Shown piece after piece: positions 26,767-40,501 of a DNA stretch of 64,000 nt; positions within the stretch are counted from its first letter, which is position 1, and each line of letters begins with the position of its first letter. This stretch comes from Cenococcum geophilum. Lineage: Eukaryota. The notes under the pieces are model-generated. The model was not told the DNA's origin. It saw only the letters and a program-made list of their open reading frames with translations, and ran no database searches. The stretch lies in the NCBI GenBank assembly GCA_050273025.1, contig CP158635.1:20398001-20462000 (forward strand), read 5' to 3'. The position numbers were made by a program, and so were the translations under genes.

Positions 26767-29700
26767 CTACCCCCCTTCTATAGAGGCGGAGCTCTAGTAA
26801 CGCTATAGTTACTATATATATATAAAAGGGATACTTAAGGTATAGAAAAGAAGAAAGGGGGGTATTGCTAAAGGCTTAAAACAACGTTATATAATAAGGC
26901 TTAGTATCTAAGAATTTAACTAATTAGATAACTTTAACCGCTAGTTAAAGTTCCTAGATATCTTAATAATATTCCGGTTATATAATCGCACTTTACCGCA
27001 ATCTAACGGCAATTTAACGGTAATTTACCCTTACATGGTAATATATTGTGGTGGTATAAATTAGACGTCGCCTACTATCTTAGCATTTTCCTATATTTAT
27101 AGAGCCTTCGGCTTCCTTCCTTCCCTCTATTATATACATATTACGACCTTACTAGTTACCGGAAATACACTCTTTTCTTTCTTTCTTACTTACTAACTAA
27201 CTAACTAACCGACCGACCGACTAATAGACTGATAGCACTGTGACTTTCCTACCTTAGAGAGGTCGTACCCTCCTACTATATAACGGTTTAACTCTATAAG
27301 GGCTTCTATAGAGGATTAGGTATAAAATCTCTGCTTAGGCCTAGTTTCTATAGGTTTATATAGTAAAAGTCGCTAATTAAATCCTTTATATTTTTAAAGT
27401 CTTCCTATAGTTACTATTCTAGCTAATTTATATCAAATCCTATATATATAGCTCTGTAATAAAGCCGTCGTCCTCTACCTTTACTAAAGTATTTAGAGTT
27501 AATAATTCGTTTAACGGTCCACTCCTTATAGTTTTTATCTTTATTCTTATCTCGGATTAGTACTAGTAGGGGTTTAGGCTATATCTACCCTAGTAGGGGG
27601 TTAGGCTAATAGAGGTATAGTAGCTATAGGTAAAATATAGGCTATATCCCATAGGTAGCTAGAGTAGGTAAAAGTTCTAGCTTATATATGGCTCCTCTAT
27701 TAATAACTTATTTAATTAAATAAGGGCCGAGGTTCTTATAATTAAGTAACTTTATAGGCCTCTACGTAGAGATATTATATATATTTAGCTATACCTAGTC
27801 GCTAACACGCATCTCTAGTAGTGGCGTTCTATAACGGTTAGTAAAGTAGGCCTACTTTACTTAAGCCTAGGCTATTTCTCCCTTATAGTAGTTAAATGGA
27901 TTTTTTTATACAGTCTATATACTAGTTAGTAAGTAGCATCTTAAGGCGTTTTCTATATAGTAGTTTCTTATTAATAGGTTCTAGTAGCTCTATACTAGAT
28001 TAGGGGTAATAACCCTTATTCGCGAAAAACGGAGTAAGTCCTATAGTAGTTAAGACGTAGTTATTCACTGCTAATTTACTTAGTAGGAGGTAATCTACCT
28101 AGTTATCTTAACTATAGGCGACTACCTATTATAGGTACGCTTTTATACTAGCATTAGCGTTTTCTAATTACTTAGCAGTTTTATAGTAAAAGGATATAGA
28201 TATCTTAATAGAGATGCTAAGGCGTTAGCAGATTCGTCTCTATATATTAGAGTTAAATTATATACCTTAGTCGGACGTAATTAAGTTAGGTAACCTATAT
28301 AGTTAGTAAATTTTATAAAGAAAAGCGTTAGTAACGTCGCTAACGGTTACGCCTTTAGTTAGGATATAGTGGCGCTCTTTTATAAGTTGGTATATTATTA
28401 TAAGGATGTTCTTATAGGTACGGCCATATTATTTACAGGGTAGTAGGTTAATAATAAAATCTATAGTAATATCTGCCTATTATTATATAGATACTAGTAA
28501 AGGGTATAGTAGTCCTTAGTACTTTATATTAAAGGCCTTAGCGCGCTTATAACTGTAGTAGGCGCCTATAAAGTATTTAACTAAGTCTATTATTTTTGGC
28601 TAGAAGTAGTATTGGCTAAGAAGCTTATAGGTTCCTCTTTTACCTAGGTGGACGCTTAATCGGAGGTTGTAGGCTATTTAGATTAGTTGCTGTTATAGAT
28701 TTTCTAAGTTAGGGATAAATAGGCGGCCTTTATAATAGAGCCTATTCTCTTTTACTTTTAAGGCTGCTATATTAATCTGGCCTAAGCTTTAGAGGTTAAT
28801 AGGTAGCGTATAAGCGCTAGCGGTCTTTACGGTAATAAGTTAATATAGTAATAAGTTAATAGGGGTGTTATATGCCGTAGTAATAAGCTTATTAATTTTA
28901 GGAGATAACTTTAATTCTATGGTATAAAGCTAAGGTATAGTTAGCTCTATTATAGGTAGTATACCTAGGGCTAAATTTTATACTTTTAAGATCGTTTATT
29001 ATTAGAACTAATTATAGGGGTTATTTTTAGACTAAGGAAGGTCTTACGAGCGGCGTATTAGGCTATTAGGTTTAGTACCTTATACTCTTAGTTTATATAT
29101 AATTTTAAAGTTAAAACTAGAGAGGAACTTATTCTAATATACTTGGTGTTAGTTTAGCTACTTTATAGTTATAAAGTACTTAAGGTTATAATAGTCTATA
29201 AGGACTTTAGTTAGCTAGTTAAGCTCTACTAAAAAGAGTTTTAGTTAGAATTCTTTAAACGCTTGTATAATTATAAGGAGTTCTTTATTATAGATCTTAT
29301 AGTTATACTCTTATAGTATAAGCTTAGATAAGTAGAATGCGACTAGGTAAAGAAGGCCGTTATTACCTATTTAGGAAAGGACGCCTATATTAACGTAGTC
29401 TAAGGAGTTAGTTTTAAGATAAAGTTATTATCCTAGTATAAAGTAAGCTAAGATAGGTGCTTTAATAAAGGCATTTTTAAGGTCTTAGAACGCCTTCTCG
29501 CATTTAGGCGTCTAGGTAAAGCGTAGGTGCGTTTTTCTTCCTTTTATAAAAAGGCCCTCTATTCGCATTATTGCTATAAATAGTGCTACTATACTTAAGA
29601 AGTTATATATAAATTTCTAATAGAAGTTAGCAAAACTAAGGAAGGCTTATATATCCTTAATGCAGTTAGGGGCTTGTAATTTAGTAATTATATATACCTT

Positions 29701-31228
29701 CTTAGGGTCTATATAAACACCCTTAGTAGTAATAATTAGTCTAAGGTATTTTACTTCTATAATTAAGAATTTATATTTCTTTAAATTAATGTAAAGTCCT
29801 ATGTCCCTAAGGCGCTATAGGACCTTTTAAATATGTGTAGTATACTTAGAAGGGTTATTACTATAAATAAGTATATTATCTAGGTACGTAGAGCAGAAGT
29901 CATTAAGGTAGTCCTATAAGGCGTTATTAATATAGCTTTAAAAGGTGCCTAGGCCGTTATATACGCTAAAGGGTATAATAGTATATTTAAATTAGCTAAA
30001 GCGCAATGCGAATGCAGTTTTCTATTTATTACCTTCCCGTATTTAGAGATAGTTAAAGGCAGCAATAATATTAAGCTTAGTATAGATTTTAGCTTAACTA
30101 AGCCGCTTAAGGGTCTTACATATAAGCGGTACTAGGTATTAGTTTTTAATCGTAATAGCGTTAAGTCCTCTATAGTTAACGTAGAATTAAATACCTCCTT
30201 TTAGCTTTTTAGCAAGAAGGATAGGGGCGGTTATTAGTAATATGCTAGGACGAATAAATCCTTTATTAAGGTGCTTATTAATATACTTTTTTATAACTAA
30301 AAGTTTGTCTTTTAATATTAAATAGGGTCTCTTATAAGGTAGCATTTTTCCTTATTTAATATTAATAGTATAGTTATTAGTTTAATATAGGGGGAGTATA
30401 TCTACGCCCTTTTATAAGCATATATTAATAAAGTTATAGTACCTCTTAGGGAGGAGCTTGCGGAGTTTTTTATTAGTAAGTCCTTTTTTAAGCTTTATAA
30501 CCTTTTTAAAGTCTAAAGGTAAAAGTCTATAGAGTTCCATAGGGGCGTTATCTTCTAAAAGGCTAACTATGTCTATCCTATTTCTATAGAGGACGTAATC
30601 TTATTCTTTATTAAGCTTATATAGTTATAATTAAGAAGCTGCGGTAATGGTCTAGCCTTTCTTATATACTATATAGTAGAAGACCAGGGCACTTATATAT
30701 TAGTAGTTAGTTATAAATAGGGTAGTAAGGGGGTCCTTAGGTTAATATCCTAAGGAGTAAATAGAGGCGGCTAGGCTATGCCCTAGGTAAGTCTCTCTAT
30801 AGTATTTAAAGTTAAAGGTTATTTCTCTCTTCTTCTAGTTAATGATGAGGTTATATTATTTAAGCTAGTTTATTTTAAGGATAATAGGGTAGTTAGTAAG
30901 TAGTGTAATATAGGCCTAGAGTTCTTCCTAGTGCCTATTTATATCTAGGTAGAGTTATACTATATAGGTAATCTTCTGTACGGTATAACTACTATTAGTA
31001 AATTATAGGGCGCGGGCTTTAGTAAGGGGTAAGGTAAATAGGTTATAAGTGCGCATAAATTAGGTATTTATAAATTTATTAATAGCTCTGCAATTAATTA
31101 TAGAACGGCTTATATATTTTTTTTACCAGTAGTTCCTATTATAGGTAAAACTATCTATTTCCGTTTATTTATCTTTACTAAGTTATCTATTAAGTAAGCC
31201 GATATATAAATCCCTCTATTATTAGGGC

Positions 31229-31268
31229 GTCCTAACTCGTAACTTAGAGCTAGGACTTAGCGTTTTCC
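31229..31268 (-). promoter_or_regulatory. Putative gag-pol -1 frameshift signal
   Basis: Minus strand GGAAAAC, short spacer, then hairpin GTCCTAGCTC/GAGTTAGGAC, just before the protease. Confidence 0.55.
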
Positions 31269-32976
31269 ACTTCCGTATCTAACTTTATCGCTATTACTGC
31301 GTCTTTATTTTATATAGTAGTAGTATATAATAATATATTTAGTATTTAGGGTATTAGGTTAGGTATTAAGCGGTAGCTACTAAACCTAGCTATTAGGTAG
31401 TTTAGGTTATTATTATAATAATAGCCTTTTTAATGGTATTTATAGTAGCGTCCTAATTTTTAGAGTAGCTTGCGCTCTCTATCTAGGAGTTTTTATAGAA
31501 AGGTTAGTATAGAGAAATTAATATTAGCTCTAGTAGTATTTAAGGTAGTTAGCGTTAGTAGCTTAGTATATATAGGTTTAGTAGGCCTAGAAGGCTTCTA
31601 TAAAGAGGTTTTAGGGTAAAGGTTAGCAGTAGTAATCTAATTTAGTTGTTGTTTAATCTTTTATAAAGCTATTACTATATTATAAACATCGTTATAGTTA
31701 TAGCTAACGGCTGCGTAACTAAGGCAATAAGTAACTTTTTTAAGGAGGTTCTCTTAATCTTTAGTATTATCTTAGGCGAGGGCTCTAGTATATTCCTAAA
31801 ATTTAATATAGAATTCGTTAAATAATTTAGTAGGGCTTATCTTTAAGGTATATAGTTTAGCTTAACTAGTAACTAATAGGTCGTAGTTACGGTATATTAG
31901 GTTAAGATTATTAAGGACTTTTTAGTAGGACTACTACTTTTGGGGGCTATTAGTCTTCTATTAGGTAAAGAGTCTATTAAATAATATACCCTTTATTTGC
32001 CTAATAATATAACCAATCTTAGTATCTTTTATAGGAAAAAGGTAGGCGCTCTAAGTTAGTTTTTTACGGATTTACATCTTCTAGTAGCTATATTCCTTAC
32101 GGTCTCCCTAAAAAAATTAGAGGATTAGGGTAATGTATATTAGACCCTACAATAGCAGCTTAGGTTTAGTCGTTATAGCTTTTATTATCGCTGCTTTAGT
32201 AGGGGTTTTTATTAAATAAAGTTGCCAGGGGCGTAGAGACTTAGGTAGTATTATATATAGTAAAGAGGTGTCTAGCGTTATTATAAATATACTTGTTAAG
32301 CTAAGATTATAAATATTTAATTATACCATCTTTTTTAGTAACTGTAGCAATAAGTATAATTTTAGCCTTCTTTAACTGTTAGACGTCGCGTTTAGACACA
32401 TAGAGGTTATTTTTAGTCTTTTAGTGTATATTATTAGCGAGCGCCTTATAAGCTTATAGGTCTTAGATAATATTGCAATCTTAGGCAGTATATATCTCAG
32501 CTTATATAAGCTTTAGGTAGTAATTCTATAAAAGGCGGTAGTATTTATTAGGTTTTTATGCTACCATTTTTATAAACATCTCGGCGTCTTATATTTTAAT
32601 TTTAATAGGTAGTAGCCCTTTTACTTGCTTATTTATAGTTATATAGTTAATAAAGGATAAGATATTATTAATGTCTACCTTATTAGGGTTATTATAATCT
32701 TTTAAGCTACTAGGCTTCCCTTTAGGGGTTAAGGCTAGGGCTAATAAATTAAATTCTTCTAGGGTTGATTGGCGGCGTAGGTTAAGTATAGGTATTAGAT
32801 TGTTCTTTAGGTTTAATATAGTGGCTAGTAAGGAATATCGTCTTACTATTATGGGTTCCTTAAAAGTATAGAATAGGGTAACTCGTAGACACGCTGCTTC
32901 TAGCAGCGCCTGCAGTATTGTAGAGACGTAGAATTGGTCGTAGGCTAAGTGCTGGTGGTAAAAAGGCGTAACGTAA

Positions 32977-33082
32977 TGTCACGGGATAGGGGCAGTGGCT
33001 ACAGAGCGTATGTATTCGAGGAGTCTACAAGACGTTGCGCGATCGATCGTAAGGGTCGAGGGCGTAAGGAGGTGATATACCT
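32977..33082 (-). repeat. Truncated 5' LTR of Gypsy 26574-33082
   Basis: Colinear with 26574-26679; homology stops abruptly at 33082. Confidence 0.85.
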
Positions 33083-33893
33083 CTGCTTACTATCTACGAA
33101 CTGCCTCTACGAGCACGGCCGCGCTCGCGCCTGCGCCCGCGCCCACGACCACGCGTAGTATTACCGGTATTCTGTTCAAATGCTGATGGCTTGCGACGAG
33201 CCGATATATTAACGCGAACAGAGCCAGCCGGTGGCCGCGGCGATGTTTAATAGTTAGAGGCCGGGGTGGGGATAGGTAAGGCAAATGCGAGGTGGTGTTT
33301 TGGGTATGGGCGCGCGACGGTCGCGTGCTGATGCAGATGCAAACAACTTAAATTCACGTGATATTCTAACTTAATGAGAAAGCGTCTAAACTCAATAAGT
33401 GTGGGGGGTGTCCGCGTATCAATCGGGGGGTATCCACGTATTAATTAGGGGGTGTCCCTCTACCGCTGCCCCAAAAGTATACTTAAGGGAGTTATATTAT
33501 ATGTGTATTATATATGTATTATATAATACTATACTATAGGGAACTTAAAAGACTTTAATCTTTTATAAGTAAAAAGGCAAATTAACGAAATCGCCAATTG
33601 CGCAGTTTGCGCGCAGGCTGCGTGTCAAAAAAACACGACATAGGCTAGTCGGTCGAGTTGCCAAATGCCCTTAACTGCGCGCCAATTGCGCCAAACGACT
33701 GACCATTGAGGCCATTGATAGGGGACAATATTTTGCCGATGATTCTATATATACTAGGCAGATTACGCGTAAGGCTAAAGTATAGGTTAGCGGCGGATCT
33801 AATAGGTATATAACCTTACTATCTACAAATCTGGCTATATATAAGTAACCTATAACCTACCTATAAAGTATATATAGCGCTATGCCGGTATAG

Positions 33894-36800
33894 TGTCACG
33901 GGACTGCCGTTCTATGCGCTACGTAGTACGCGTAGCTGGCGTTATAGAATTCCTTTCTTGTTTATTTATTTACTTGGTAGATAGTTTATCCGCCCCAATT
34001 GCCCCTATATAGATTTGCCGCAGCTGCATTCCTTTTAAGCTCTCTAACGATGGTTCTGGAGGAGTCCTCCACGTTTATTGCCTGCTTATATAAGCAGATT
34101 CCCTTTAGTTCCTTTTTAGACGACGTCCGTAAGCAACTACTGATAACTTTATAGGTATAGCCTATATAAAGGCCTATATTTGTTATAGATAGATTTAATA
34201 GATTTATATTTATTCTTTATCCTTAGATCTAGTTTATTAGGTTATAAGCACTCGTTACTACCAAGCTATAATATTAGAAGATTAATACCTTACTATAGGT
34301 TGCATAAAGGGTTACCACACCCATACTAGGTCATATCTTACTGCTCTATATTTAACGCCTTACTACAGGCCGTATTAAGGGTTACTACACCTATATATAA
34401 AGTTATTCCTTATTATCAAAATTACACGTTAGAATCGTTTATTTACGCGTTAAAAATCATTTATTTACACGTTAAAATTATTTATTTATGCGTCGCTATA
34501 GGTAAAGACTATCTAGGTATTCAACGCCTTAAGAAAGACGGTTTAAATTAGCACCAATATTGGACGCAGCTTAGCACGTACCTACGTAGTAAGGGCCTTC
34601 TGCATATTATTTAAGAAGATGCGGCCCCACTCTACCCAAAGCTCTAGGAAGAAAAACCTATAATATCTATTAATCGAGTACCAAAGGACGCTAGCAAAGA
34701 GGAGTGAGACGAGATCCTTAAGAGGTTTTAAATTATTACGGATACTAATAACTTAATTTGCTTAACTAATAAGGCACTCTCTAATAAGTATAATAAGGAG
34801 TTTAAACAGTATAGTAAGGAAGATGGTAAAGTCTGTTTAGTTATCCTTGGTACAATTAATAATAAGATTATTACTGCCTTAAAGTATAAGTAGACGGTAA
34901 AGGACTATATTAATTACCTTAAGTAGACGTTTAAGGCCCGTAGCTTAATCTATAAGGCCAATGTATAGGAGACTTTTATTAAGCTCCGCTATTAATTAGA
35001 CTAAGTAATTATTACTTTCTTAAGCCATTACTAAGAAGCGGTTTAAGGAGTTAAGCAGGTAAAGCTTGCCCTAGATAATAAGATTATTAACTATTAATTT
35101 ATCAATGCCGTCGATAAACACTTCCCTATATAGGCCCAAATCTAATGTAATAAGATTCGCGACGGCTATACAATTTTACTACTCTAATTAATTGCTAATC
35201 TTACTAACAAGGCTTAGCGGAAGGACTTACTTAAGAGCTTTACCTCAGTTAATAAGCTACTAAGTAACTTACGCGAGCAGTCCAGTCAAGGACGCGGCAA
35301 CGGATATAGTTATAGTAATAGCCACGGCAGAGGCGGTGGAGGAGCCGGTCGCGGTACCTTATTAGGTAGTTAAGGTCCTACTAAGGATGCTTTAAACAGG
35401 TATAGATAGTGCAAGTAAGGTTATCTAGGTGGTGAGGAAGGCTGCTAGATAAAACACGCCTATTTAAGGCCCGAATGGTAAAGACCTAGAGAGAGACGAC
35501 CTCCGCGCTTAGGTAATAGAGCAGCCTTAAATATAAATAAGGCCTCTAAGGGGACATCTAATTGCCCCTCTTAGGCTACCAATTTGGTAACTAGATCAAT
35601 CTTTACTATATAAGTTATTGGGCCAGCAGCTATAGCTTTAAAAACAAATATTAAGGACTCCTGGATAGCCGATAGTTGCTTAAATATTTATATAGGCAAT
35701 AATATTAGAAAGTTCGTCTAGTATTAAAAAATTTAACCTATCTAAATCTAGACGGGAGGAGGCCTAATAAAGACTATTAGCGTTAGATTAGTTAAGCTTA
35801 CAGTTACCTAAACTAACCACTCAGCCTATATAATTACATTTACCAAAGTGTATTACTATCCTAACTTCTTTATAAATATCGTCTTACTTAATATTCTACG
35901 AGAGAAGGGAGCCTTCTTTAACAGTCTCTATAATACAATTAACCTCGTTAAAGATCGGGTAGAAATAGCCTATATCCTATATATTAACGGACTTAATACG
36001 TTTATATTGGTAGACAACCCTATAAAGGTTCCTTTTATAATAGCTCTAGCTACCGTATAATCGCGCCTTTATAAGAAAGGTATACTTGCCAAAGCTACTA
36101 TAGAAACTTAGTATAAGAGACTATAACACCTTCCTCCTGCCTAGATACGTCTCCTCGCTAGAAGTATAAAGGGGATTATAGTTACTAAGGATAAGCTATT
36201 TCACTGCGAGGACTATTGCCTTAGAAAAGCTAAGAAGCAAATATTAAGACGCCCTTAACAACGCAACAATCGCATATTTGATAAGGTGCACGTCAATATA
36301 GTTAGGCCATTAAAACACGAAGGCCTCTACGGTAAGAAGTACTAGGTACTATTTACTAATAACCAAACACGCTTTAAATAGATCTACTATATATTAAATA
36401 GAGGCTCCGCGGCCTCTACCTTAAAGTAGTTTATTTATATAATTAAGACTTAAATAGGGATAACAATTGGCTGCTTCTAATTAGATAGAGCTGCTAAGTA
36501 ATTTAGTAAGGATATAACCGATTTCTTTAAGAACGAAGGTATAGTTACTAAGGCCTCTACCCTATTCACTATACACTAAAATGGAATAGTAGAGAAGGCT
36601 AATTACCTAGTTAAAGAAAGGTTAGGGTAATATTAATTAAGACTTAATTACTACTAAAGCTCTAGCCTAAAGTCGCTAAGGTAGCTGTATATAGGCTTAA
36701 TATATTGCCTATATTAGTTAATAAGGACAAAGCTCCGCCCGCTTAAGCAATAGCTCTCGCCTTAGGCGACACCAATTCTATAATCACGTACGCTAACTAG

Positions 36801-39733
36801 AAGATCTATAGCTGTCCCGCCTATGTCCTTATTAATAAAAAAGACCCTTAGCGGCAGTAGGGTAATAAGTTCGTTATAAGAGCTTAGAAAGGACGATTAG
36901 TTGGCTATAAAGGCTTATATATATATCGCGTCTATCTACCTTATAAGAATAGGGTTGTTTAATCAAGCAGCGTCACCTTTAACGAGTTAGGAACCCTTCT
37001 CACTACACCAATTAGTGAAGAAGAAGGTAGTGACGATAATATCTGCTGGGTACTACTTAAGGACCTTCCTACTAAAGACACTACACTAGAGGTCTCTCGG
37101 TTACTATAGGAAGGAAGTAAGGCTTCTCGGTTACTATAGGAGGAAGACTAGGACTTTTGGGCCTCGCAGTTAGGGGGTAACTCTTAGTTAGGGGGTGCCT
37201 CTAACAATTACGATATCGCACCGCAGCCTAATTAACCTCCCCTCACTAACGAAGAATAGGTAGGTTTTAACTAACAAGAGCTACCTAATCTAGGAGGATA
37301 CCTCCGTTAGGAAGTAACTCCCCTAAGGGATATCTACTAGGAGGATCTAGAGCAGATTCTGCCTAAGTACTTAGATAATAAACCTAAACCTATAGCAAAC
37401 ACTTATATACGGTTAAAGCTATAGCTTAACTATAGCGTACTCTATAGAACCGGAAGGAAGGAGCTAGCTATAAAGGCTACCTACCTTACCCCGTTCTTCG
37501 CCTATATATTTATAAGTACTTTATCGCAGCCTTAATAGATAAGGATAACTAAAGAACTACCTCTAGAGCTACGGAACTGGAAGGAAGCTATAAATTTAAT
37601 ATTTAAAAAGGAGTGGAAGGCTACGGCGGATAAGGAATAGGAGTCTCAAATAGTTAATATCTTATTTAAGATTGTCGAACTTCTACCTAGAGCTAAGGCT
37701 CTACCCGTTAAATGGGTCTTTATATACAAATTCAATAAGAACAATGTCCTATTTAGATGGAAAGCACGGCTGGTATTACGCGGTAATAAGTAGCGCCTAA
37801 GAATTAACTACGGCGACACGTTTGCAAGCGTTGTTTAACCTAGTATATTTAAGCTACTAATAGCCCTGGTTGCCGTATATAATCTAGAGTATAAGTATTT
37901 AAACGTAATTACGGCCTTCCTTAATGGGAAGCTTAACCGCAAGAACATCTATATTTAGCTGTTAGAAGGATACCGCCAGTATTAAAAGGATGGCGTTGCT
38001 CTCATAGGCCTACTACTTAAGGCTCTCTATAGTCTTAAGCAGGCCCTACGTCTTTAGTATAAGGAGCTTAAGAGCTTCCTTATTACCCTTAAATACATAC
38101 CAATTCCAGCTAACCTATACGTCTTTATTAGCCAGCAAAGCGGCCAAATTATTATTATCTACGTTGATAATCTTATCTTAATTGGATAAGATATACGGAC
38201 AATTAAACTCCTTAAAGAGGCACTTAGGAACAAGTATAAAGTAAGAGACTTAGGCCTAATTGCGTACTACCTAGGCATTTAAATTATAAGGAACCGCTAG
38301 GCGCGATTAATTCAACTAGTATAGGACGCCTATATTAGGAAGATCCTATATACGCTCTATATAAAAGACTACGCACTAGCCTCTACACTAATCCACCTAT
38401 CTATAGTAGACTTTAAGCTACACAAGCTTAAGGATTAAGCTCTACTGGAGCTAGTAAAACGGTATTAATCGCTAATAGGCTCTCTACTATATCTATATAA
38501 TTGGACTCGGCTTAATATAGCCTAGGCTATAGGGAAGCTTTATTAGTTCCTATATAACCCTACTAAACTATATATAGACGCCGTAATGTAAATACTCGCC
38601 TACTATACAGGGACGATCAACTTAGGTATAGAATTCGGCTTACCCCAAGGGCAGCAGCCACCTCCGAAAGCCTTCGCTAAGGCGTTAGCTACGGACTATA
38701 CTACCCCTAATTACAATAGGGAGTATAGCGGAAGCACACTAGGTAATATACCTAACCTACAGCTATACGGCTACAGCGATGCAGCATTTATAGATGCGGT
38801 TAATAGGAAGTTAACTTTTGGCTATATCTACAAGCTAGTGGGTGGCCCAGTTTTACACAAATTAAGCAAGCAATTAATTCTTACAACCTCTACTATAGAG
38901 GCTAAGTACGTAGCAATAACGTATACAGCTAAGGAAGCCTTATAGCTCCGCCGATTACTTACTAATTTAGGCTATACCGGAAAGGACCTACTACCGATAC
39001 ATTTATATAGCGACAATTAACCAGCCATCAGCCTTACTAAAAGTGATAACTACTACGCGCGTACTAAGTACTTTAAGCTATATTGGCACTACATTTATAA
39101 CAAGGTTCAAAGCGGCGTAATCCACCTATAGTACGTTCCTATAAGTAGTATAGTGGCAGACGGTTTTACAAAGCCACTGTTAATGACTCAGTTTAGGAAC
39201 TTCGTTAAGCAGCTAGGCCTCGTTCAATGCGACATAGACATTAAACTTAAGTAGGAAATCGTACACAGGTCGGCAAAACCTCGGAGGGTATACTATTTAA
39301 CGACTCTAACTAATGCTGGCGACTTTTAAATGGGGGATAAGAACGATGTAGAGCTTATAATAGGTAATTAATTACAGCTTAGGGAAAGGTTAAATAGGAC
39401 CTATAATATACTTAGAGGATTACAAGGTGTTTCTTTTATATATTATTAAGTTTAACACTAATTTAGGAAGGATCTGCTTCTGTTTTAGTGGAGTACTAGG
39501 GGGTGTAACAATGGTTCTGGAGGAGTCCTCTATGTTTATTGCCTGCTTACATAAGTAGATTTCTTTTAGTTCCTTTTTGGACGACGTCCGTAAGCAACTA
39601 CTTATAACTCTATAGGTATAGGCCTATATAAAGGCCTATATTCATCATAGATAGATTTAGTAGATTTATATTTATTCTTTATCCTTAGATCCAGTTTATT
39701 ACTCTCTAGTAATCCTCGTAAGTCTCTACGACA
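33894..39733. repeat. Probable solo LTR (33894-34044 plus 39707-39733) split by the Copia insertion
   Basis: Begins TGTCACG, ends ACGACA, ~180 bp once the Copia is removed. No matching TSD seen. Confidence 0.4.
34045..39701 (+). mobile_element. Ty1/Copia LTR retrotransposon, full length, RIP-inactivated
   Basis: LTRs 34045-34239 and 39506-39701, TSD CTCTC (34040-34044, 39702-39706), GGTTATAAGC after the 5' LTR. Domain order: gag, protease WIADS (~35662), integrase (VHVxIV ~36286), RT (WKARLV ~37758, IYVDxL ~38157), RNase H (GYSDAAF ~38768). Confidence 0.93.
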
Positions 39734-39919
39734 GCTATATATAGCTATCAATTCTTTAAACCTAATGCCTGTTTATTTAGCGTTTATGTATAATATTTCG
39801 TTATTATAATATATAGTATTAGGCTAAAATATATGTTAGCGGTAGATTTAATAAGTATACTACCTTACTACCTATAAGTCTGGCTATATATAAATAACCT
39901 ATAACCTACCTGTATAAGT

Positions 39920-40501
39920 GAGCTTTTAGAATATTTCTAATAGTTTATTAAATTTAGGCGACGGCGTTAAGCTTTACTAGCTCTAAGCGTTAAATAAACT
40001 AATTAGGATTTTCTATACTAGGTATAATAAATTACTATTAGCTTAGTTAAATATATAGAATCTTAGTAAGGCAAATTTAACTAATTAGATAACTTTAACC
40101 GGCGGTTAAAGTTCCTAAATATTCTTGTACCGCGTATATATACTACCTATCTCTATATATATAAAATTAAGACGCTCTTTCCCCTCTAACTTTTTTTATT
40201 AAGGTTCTTATAGGGGTTTATTAAGGCTTAAGTATATAAAGAATTAGGGACAATCCTTTTTAAAAGAGGAGGCATTATTAGGTAAAACCTAAGTAGATAG
40301 TTATATAGCTATAAGGTATAGGTAACCTAAGGGCAACCTAGGGGTAACTTGCCTATAAGGCACGTGCGCTATACATACGTAGGGAAAACCCTTCCTTACC
40401 TCGCATATAGATTCCTCCTTTTCCCTTAAGGATTTGTCTATCTATACAACACACCCTATTATTCTATTAATTGGACTCCCTATCTATATCCTTACCTTAT
40501 A
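39920..40501 (+). mobile_element. 3' fragment (UTR, PPT, LTR ~40276-40501) of another LTR retrotransposon
   Basis: GGGACAATCCTTTT..AAAAGAGGAGGCA PPT-like tract followed by an LTR-like segment. Shares a palindromic cassette with the 3' UTRs of two Gypsy elements. No partner LTR in the window. Confidence 0.5.

Larger units (their letters stand above)
26574..33082 (-). mobile_element. Ty3/Gypsy chromovirus, minus strand, 5' LTR truncated
   Basis: LTR 26574-26766 with adjacent PPT complement (CTACCCCCCCTTCT) and a partial LTR at 32977-33082. gag ~32850-31260, protease ~31100, RT FYVxYRGLNAIT (~30185) and YLDxILIY (~29885), RNase H ~29400, integrase ~28650-27650, chromodomain ~27525-27370. Confidence 0.92.

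Noticed and set aside
32949..33284. ORFs 32949-33158 and 33090-33284
   Set aside because: Short, span an LTR/breakpoint junction, and show no domain evidence.
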